From an uncultured delta proteobacterium (GTDB lineage: Bacteria; Myxococcota_A; Polyangia; Polyangiales; Polyangiaceae): 64,000 nt of DNA. The notes under the pieces are model-generated. The model did not search any database, was not told the origin of the DNA, and saw nothing but the letters and a program-made list of their open reading frames with translations. Location: positions 96,001-160,000 of the forward strand of contig CAVQUB010000003.1 in assembly GCA_963716725.1 (NCBI GenBank), written 5' to 3'. A program made the translations under genes and the position numbers. This document shows, piece after piece, positions 58,534 to 64,000 of the stretch (position 1 is the first letter of the stretch; each line of letters begins with the position of its first letter).

Positions 58534-59880
58534 TCAGCCGGCTCGCTTCGCCTTCTTCTTCTTCTTTTCGGGCGGCGGCGGCGCCGGTTCTTCGTCCGGC
58601 TCGAGCTCGTCCGAATCGTCGGCGTCGGGCTCGGCGCCCGGCCCCAAGCTCATCGCCGCCTCCGGGTGCTTCTTCGCGGCTTCGTCCAGCGTGTACCAGA
58701 CGACGCCGGCGGCCACGCCTGTACAGACGCCGATCCACTGCGAGGTGGAGAGCTGGGTCGACGATGCCTGCGCGAAGCTCTCGGGTCGTAGCGTGAAGTA
58801 GAGCGCCGCCGGGGGCACGATGGCCAGCGCGTCGGTGACGTAGCGCAGCTTCGGTGGCTTGATGCTCCTAGAAGGTCCGTACACCCAGGCCGCGGCGAAG
58901 ATCAGCAGCGCAGCGGGCAAGAACACATGCGTGCTGACGTGTGGCCCGAGCTCCCCGCGCTCGAGGTCGTCCCGCAGGATCTCGACCAGGAAGCGCAGGT
59001 AGCCGTAGCCGAGCGTGAAGGCGAGGAAGACCTGGCCGCGAAAGTGGCGGTGTTTGCGGACCCAGAACACCAAGCCGAAGAGCAGCGCACCGGCCAGCAT
59101 TTCGTAGAGCTGCGTGGGGTGTACCGGGAGCGACACGTCGGCGTCGGGCGACAAGCCGCGCTGGTTCACGTGCTGGATCCAGGCAGGAGATCCCGAGCCC
59201 TCGAGCAACGTGCCCTCGGTCCAGCGCGGGAAGCTGCCGAGCTTCTTCAGCCAGGCGGGAGCGCCGTCCGACAAGGGCGTGCCAAAGTCGCAACCAAACA
59301 GGTAGCAACCGATGCGCGTGATCACGAGACCGACCGCGAGGCTGGGAACCGCCACGTCGGCCCAGGGCAAGAGGCGAATCTTCTGGCTGCGCAGGTAGAC
59401 GAACGATCCGATGAACCCGCCCAGGAATCCGCCGTAGGCCACGAGCCCGCCCCGACGAAACGCAAACAGATCCTGAAAGCGATCGAACTCTTGAGGGTTC
59501 GTTACGAAGTAGAGCAGACGCGCGCCGATCAACGCGCTGGCCGCCGTGACGAAGTAGCAGTTCGCCATCTTGTCTTTGGGCAGGCCATCGCGCTCGGCCA
59601 GGCCCAGCGTCAGAAACCAGCCCACGACGATGGATACGCAGAGCATGGCGCCGTAGCTGTAGATGGGCAGCGGCGCCAGCGTCGTGACCTGACCCCGGTA
59701 GGTGAAGGCGCTGAGCCCAGCCGCGGCCGCGAGCACGATGCCGATCACCAGCAGATCGCCAGCGCGCTTCTTGTAGCCAAAGAGGCCGAGCATCGCGCCG
59801 AACGCGGCCAGCGCCAGGAGCGCCGGGAAGAGCGGGATAGTCCAGGCGGGCAACGGCAGCCGAAACAGGACGGGGTGCAT
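58534..59880 (-). CDS. lgt: Prolipoprotein diacylglyceryl transferase (extended)
   Basis: MHPVLF, YSYG, GARL, GGLVAYGG, RIGCYLFGCDFG, HPTQLYE, RFLVEILR. Confidence 0.93.
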   Translation of the reverse strand: MHPVLFRLPLPAWTIPLFPALLALAAFGAMLGLFGYKKRAGDLLVIGIVLAAAAGLSAFTYRGQVTTLAPLPIYSYGAMLCVSIVVGWFLTLGLAERDGLPKDKMANCYFVTAASALIGARLLYFVTNPQEFDRFQDLFAFRRGGLVAYGGFLGGFIGSFVYLRSQKIRLLPWADVAVPSLAVGLVITRIGCYLFGCDFGTPLSDGAPAWLKKLGSFPRWTEGTLLEGSGSPAWIQHVNQRGLSPDADVSLPVHPTQLYEMLAGALLFGLVFWVRKHRHFRGQVFLAFTLGYGYLRFLVEILRDDLERGELGPHVSTHVFLPAALLIFAAAWVYGPSRSIKPPKLRYVTDALAIVPPAALYFTLRPESFAQASSTQLSTSQWIGVCTGVAAGVVWYTLDEAAKKHPEAAMSLGPGAEPDADDSDELEPDEEPAPPPPEKKKKKAKRAG

Positions 59881-59952
59881 CGCGCCGCTCCCATACCGCG
59901 CAAAACGTCGCGCTACAAAGGCGCTGCGAATGGCCGCATGGAGCATGCTAAC

Positions 59953-61002
59953 ATGCGGGCCGTGACGCGCTTCGTTCCGCACTTCGCGCTGGCCGCGCTG
60001 GCCCTTGGCTGCGTGCCGACTGATGACCCACCTGCGCCCGCTCAGACCGGGGTCGCGGCGCTGCCCGCACCTCCGCCGCCCCCGCCCGCGAGCGCGGTAC
60101 CCAGAGGCCGGCTCGATCCAGGTCGACCTTTGGCGTCAGCGAACCCCTTCGTGCCCTCGGGCGATGCCGGCGCGGCGAAGCGCCTCCCGAGGAGGGGCGA
60201 CCAGCGGCGCTTGACCGCTCCTGGCCTCGAGGTCGAGCGGGCGCCAGCGGCCCTGGCGAAATCGCCAAACTTGCTGCCCGAGCTTGCACCCCCTCCGTCG
60301 CCCGCCCTGGCGCAGCCACCGGTCGAACCTGCGGCGCCGGCCGCCGCGGCCGAGCCAGCCGCCGTTCCGGCCGCCGCGGCGAAGGCGCCAGCGGGGCCGC
60401 CCGACAGCCCGATCGTCGGTGTGTACTACGACAGCTTCGATCGCGCCGAGCTCGGTCCGGAATGGAACGCGACCAGCTCCGAATGGCGCATCGTGGCCGG
60501 TCGCCTGTGCGGGCAGCGGGCTCGCAACCACCCGGCGTGGCTCCGACGAAAGCTGCCCGTCAACGCGCGCATCGAGTTCGATGCGACCTCGACCTCGCCG
60601 GACGGCGATCTGAAGGTCGAAATCTGGGGCGACGGCAAGAGCTTCGCCAAGGGCACGTCGTACACCGATGCCACCAGCTACCTGGCGATCTTCGGCGGCT
60701 GGAAGAACCAGTTTCACGTGCTCGCGCGCATCGACGAGCACGCGCCAGGGCGCCCCGAGGTCAAGGTGACCGCCGGCGGCGACCTCAAGGCGCGTCCCGT
60801 GGTCGCCAACACCGCCTACCACTTCAAGCTCGAACGCCTCGACGGCAAGACCGTGCGTTGGTTCGTCGACGACATCGAAGTCCTGTCCTTCGAAGATCCG
60901 AAGCCGATGAAGGGTGAAGGACACGAGCACCTGGGCTTCAACGACTGGGAAGTTCAGGTCTGCTTCGACAACCTCCAAATCACAGCGCTCACAGGAGCCT
61001 GA
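59953..61002 (+). CDS. Lipoprotein with Pro/Ala linker and ConA/LamG-like beta-sandwich domain
   Basis: LALG-C lipobox; DSFDR..LGPEW, NHPAWL, FGGWKN, FDNLQI. Confidence 0.75.
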   Translation: MRAVTRFVPHFALAALALGCVPTDDPPAPAQTGVAALPAPPPPPPASAVPRGRLDPGRPLASANPFVPSGDAGAAKRLPRRGDQRRLTAPGLEVERAPAALAKSPNLLPELAPPPSPALAQPPVEPAAPAAAAEPAAVPAAAAKAPAGPPDSPIVGVYYDSFDRAELGPEWNATSSEWRIVAGRLCGQRARNHPAWLRRKLPVNARIEFDATSTSPDGDLKVEIWGDGKSFAKGTSYTDATSYLAIFGGWKNQFHVLARIDEHAPGRPEVKVTAGGDLKARPVVANTAYHFKLERLDGKTVRWFVDDIEVLSFEDPKPMKGEGHEHLGFNDWEVQVCFDNLQITALTGA

Positions 61003-62256
61003 GTGGCGGAAGATCCCGAGCTCGATCTGGACGAAGAGCTCGCCGAGCTCGATATCCGGCTCGAGCGGCTGCGTGCGCTCTACGAACAGTACTTCATCGG
61101 CATCGAGAAGCTCGAGCCGTCGATCCCTCGCAAGGACGTCGAGCGTCGGATCTGGACGCTGCGGCGCGTGAAGTTTCGGAACACCGCCAAGCGCTTCAAG
61201 TTCAACGTCATCACCCAACGCTTCAACACCTTTCAGCAGTACTGGTCGCGCATCTGCCGCGAGATCGAGAACGGCACGTACAGGCGCCACCTGCTGAAGG
61301 CGGAGAAGGCGCTCGGGCAGCCGCTCACCATCGCCGCCAAGCGCCGCAAGGGTGACTTTGCGCGGAAGGAGGTCGTCGAAGAGCCGCCGGACGAGCCGAC
61401 GCCACCGCCCGTCGACAACATCGACCAGATGCTGGGGATCCGAACGGCTCAGGCCCCGGTGAAGCCGGCGCGCGCGCAAAACCCAGCAGCGGCCGAAGCG
61501 CGGCCCGCCCGCTTCGTGCGCGAGCGGCTCGACCTCGACATCGACGATTTGATCGGCGGCGGCGCAGCCCCGATCTCGAAGCGCTCCCAGGCGCCGGTCG
61601 GGCCCGGCCGGCCCGCTGGCGTCGCACCGCCACCGGCTTCCGGCCCGGTCTCCCGTCCCAGCGCCAGCCGGCTTCCCCCGCCCCCGTCGGTGGGACCAAT
61701 GGCGGGCGCCCGCCCGCGCCTGCCCAAGGACGTCGCGCTGCCCCCACAGTCCTCAGCCCCCGGCGTCGCCCGGCCCCCGGCGTCCAGCGCCCCGGCCGAT
61801 CGGCGCGGTCCCCCGCCGATGCCAAGCCGCGTGAAGCCACCGATCCCGGCGCGCGCGCCGGGCCAGGCCGTCGGCGGAGCGCGACCGCCACCGACCGCGG
61901 GCCCCGGGTCCACGCGTCGGCCGGCCCAAGCTCGACCTTCCGCGCCTCCACCCAAGCCAGCGCCGCCAGCCGCGCCCAATCGTCCACCGGCGGTCACCCC
62001 CGCACCGGTCGCCAGGCCCCCCGCTGCCGCAGCGCCGCCCGGGACCATCAGCGACACGCGACTGCGCGAGCTGCACGGTCGCCTCGTTGACGCAAAGCGT
62101 CAGACCAAGGAAGGCACCTCGGTCTCGGTGGATGGGCTCGGTCGGCAGCTGCGCGCAGCCGAAGACAAGCTGCGAAAGCAGCACGGGAACCGCAAGATCG
62201 ACTTCGACGTCGTCATCAAAGACGGCAAGGCCGTCGTGAAGCCGATCGTGAGGTGA
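61003..62256 (+). CDS. MXAN_5187 C-terminal-domain-like myxobacterial protein
   Basis: RLRALYEQYFIGIEK.EP, W.RI.REIE.G, Pro-rich linker, IDFDVVIKDGKAVVKP. Confidence 0.8.
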   Translation: MAEDPELDLDEELAELDIRLERLRALYEQYFIGIEKLEPSIPRKDVERRIWTLRRVKFRNTAKRFKFNVITQRFNTFQQYWSRICREIENGTYRRHLLKAEKALGQPLTIAAKRRKGDFARKEVVEEPPDEPTPPPVDNIDQMLGIRTAQAPVKPARAQNPAAAEARPARFVRERLDLDIDDLIGGGAAPISKRSQAPVGPGRPAGVAPPPASGPVSRPSASRLPPPPSVGPMAGARPRLPKDVALPPQSSAPGVARPPASSAPADRRGPPPMPSRVKPPIPARAPGQAVGGARPPPTAGPGSTRRPAQARPSAPPPKPAPPAAPNRPPAVTPAPVARPPAAAAPPGTISDTRLRELHGRLVDAKRQTKEGTSVSVDGLGRQLRAAEDKLRKQHGNRKIDFDVVIKDGKAVVKPIVR

Positions 62257-62263
62257 TCTCGGC

Positions 62264-62536
62264 TCAGCGGGCCAGACGCTGGCGGTCGGAGGGCGGGACC
62301 GACGGGCGTCGCGTCTCGACCAGCACGTCGTCCTCGCAAAATAGGATAGCGCAGGCGCTACGGCCGGCTTCCTGGAGGCGACCGCAGAGCTCCGCGAGCT
62401 CTTCGTCGGAGTCGACGACGTCGCCCTCGACGGGCTGAAGGGTCGCGTGGTCGTAGCGGCAGTTGTCGAGCGCTACCCAAAGGCCTTTGAGCTGCTCCGA
62501 GCGACAGAGCTCGGGCCAGGTCATTCTGATTTTCAT
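62264..62536 (-). CDS. Small hypothetical protein
   Basis: GLWVALD..VVDSDEELAELC..CAILFC; coding-like composition. Confidence 0.6.
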   Translation of the reverse strand: MKIRMTWPELCRSEQLKGLWVALDNCRYDHATLQPVEGDVVDSDEELAELCGRLQEAGRSACAILFCEDDVLVETRRPSVPPSDRQRLAR

Positions 62537-62691
62537 CGCACTGATTGCTTTGCTTGGTTCGGACAGAGCCCCCAGCTCGAGTCAGAAGCGATGAGCAAAT
62601 CTAGACCCGCTTCTTCGAGGTCGTCAAGCTGGCGGTGTCGCAAAACGTATACACCTGGGCCTGTGCTCGACGCATTTCGTAGCAGATTTAG

Positions 62692-64000
62692 CTATTTGCA
62701 GCTCGACCCGTTGAGGGAGTTGCCCAGCGCCGGGCTGTCGGCGCCCATCGCCCGGGCCGACGCGATGATCGCCTTGGCCTGCGGACACTTGCCGTTGAGC
62801 GCGGCTGACCGCGCCGCGGACGGGGCCTTGTTTCGCGCCGTCTGCGAGCATTGCGCCTTCTTTCCCGCGTCGGTGCACTTCGAGTACGCCGCCGACGCCC
62901 CGGGGATGTTCCCGCCCTGGGCCGCGCTGATGCAGCTGTCGCAGGCCTTGGCCGGGTCGATGCCGGGCTTCTGCGTGGAGGTCGGCTGGGACGTGGTGGT
63001 CGGTTTGGTCGTGGGATCCGGCGGGGTGTCGGCCGAGGCCGTCGTGGGCGCGGTCGGGTCGCCGCCGGCCACGGTCGTCCCGGTTGCGGGACCCACGGGT
63101 CCGACCGTCGCCGCCCCCGTTGAACTGCCGAAGGGATTGGTGAGCGGCTGGTCCGTGCCGTCGTCCTTGTTCATGCTCTTCACCGCGACCACGACGATCG
63201 CAAGCAGCAAGATCCCTCCAACGCCGACGAGCGCGAAGATGAGCCCCTTGCCGCCACCACCCCCGCCTCGGGCCTGGGCGGGCGCGGGCGGAACGTGCAC
63301 GGGCATGGCAGGCGCTGGCCTGGGTGCGGCCATCGGCGCCGGCGCCATCGGCTGAGGCGGAGACATGGGCGCCGGGGCGACCGCGCCGAAGTCGGGAACG
63401 GCCGCCATGGCAGCCGTGCCTTGAACCTGTAGCTGCTCGCGCGGCGGATCTTCGGACACGGTGATGCCGCCCCCGTGGGACAGCTCCGAGAAGAACTCCT
63501 TCGCGGTCTCTTGCCGTTCTTCGCGGTCCTTCGACAGCGCCCGCAAGATGGCCTTGCGCATGTGGTCCGAAATAGCGGTCGACGGCGCCGTGACCTCGAA
63601 GGGCAGCGGCTGCGCGGTCATGTGCTGGGTCGCCCACTGCCACGGGGTGTCCGCCTCGAAGGGCAGCTTCCCGGTGAGCATCTCGTAGGTCAGCACGCCC
63701 AGCGAGTAGATGTCGCTCCGCGCGTCCAGGGCCTTTCCGGTGAACTGCTCGGGGCTCATGTACGGCGGCGTGCCGAGCACCATGCCCTGCTGGGTCAGCT
63801 TCTGTTCCTTCTGGGAGTCCGCCGACTCGCTCCGGGCGGCGATGCCGAAGTCGAGCACCTTCACGAAATCCACCTCGCCAGCGCGATCGGTGAGGATCAG
63901 GTTCTCGGGCTTCAAGTCGCGGTGGATGATGCCCTGCTTGTGCGCCTCGTCGAGCGCGCCGCAGACCTGCTTCATGATCTTGAGCACGCGCTCGGGGATC
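62692..64000 (-). CDS. Membrane Ser/Thr protein kinase (5' part outside window)
   Basis: HRDLKPEN, KVLDFG, GTPPYMSPE, TM segment, Cys-containing C-terminal domain. Confidence 0.93.
   Translation of the reverse strand, partial: IPERVLKIMKQVCGALDEAHKQGIIHRDLKPENLILTDRAGEVDFVKVLDFGIAARSESADSQKEQKLTQQGMVLGTPPYMSPEQFTGKALDARSDIYSLGVLTYEMLTGKLPFEADTPWQWATQHMTAQPLPFEVTAPSTAISDHMRKAILRALSKDREERQETAKEFFSELSHGGGITVSEDPPREQLQVQGTAAMAAVPDFGAVAPAPMSPPQPMAPAPMAAPRPAPAMPVHVPPAPAQARGGGGGGKGLIFALVGVGGILLLAIVVVAVKSMNKDDGTDQPLTNPFGSSTGAATVGPVGPATGTTVAGGDPTAPTTASADTPPDPTTKPTTTSQPTSTQKPGIDPAKACDSCISAAQGGNIPGASAAYSKCTDAGKKAQCSQTARNKAPSAARSAALNGKCPQAKAIIASARAMGADSPALGNSLNGSSCK

Overview
GC-rich (roughly 70%) chromosomal window that looks myxobacterial (Polyangiaceae/Sorangium-like, inferred from its gene families). 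It holds many Gly-linker lipoproteins, three Ser/Thr kinases, bactofilin and an MXAN_5187-type protein. Housekeeping genes include moaA, gmhA/hddC/hddA, a TrkA-type channel, an amidase, an SDR, UDPGP, sppA, proB, a lepB-like gene, pcnB, an S41 protease, coaX, a FecCD permease and lgt. Four regions stand out. (1) A candidate RiPP-like system: three tandem paralogous precursors (Zn-finger-like leader, lipobox, Gly linker, repeated xYGPP motifs; 28340-29643) and a PlpX/splicease-like radical SAM-SPASM gene (32713-33921). A TGAC-N4-RTCA palindrome lies upstream of the rSAM and two of the precursors. This suggests lipid-anchored ketoamide-bearing 'spliceotide' lipoproteins. (2) A 5.5-kb islet bounded by an 83-bp duplication of the moaA 3' end. 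It carries a secreted EEP/sphingomyelinase-like gene whose signal-peptide region holds an 18-unit GCGT microsatellite, currently out of frame (phase-variation-like), and a chimeric variant-tail cassette. (3) An unannotated sigma54-promoter, three-hairpin, U-tailed sRNA candidate with two C8 loops (about 14257-14418). (4) Two +1 homopolymer frameshifts (hddC, proB) that are probably sequencing errors and temper the other indel-based claims. All homology calls come from motif recognition; no searches were run.
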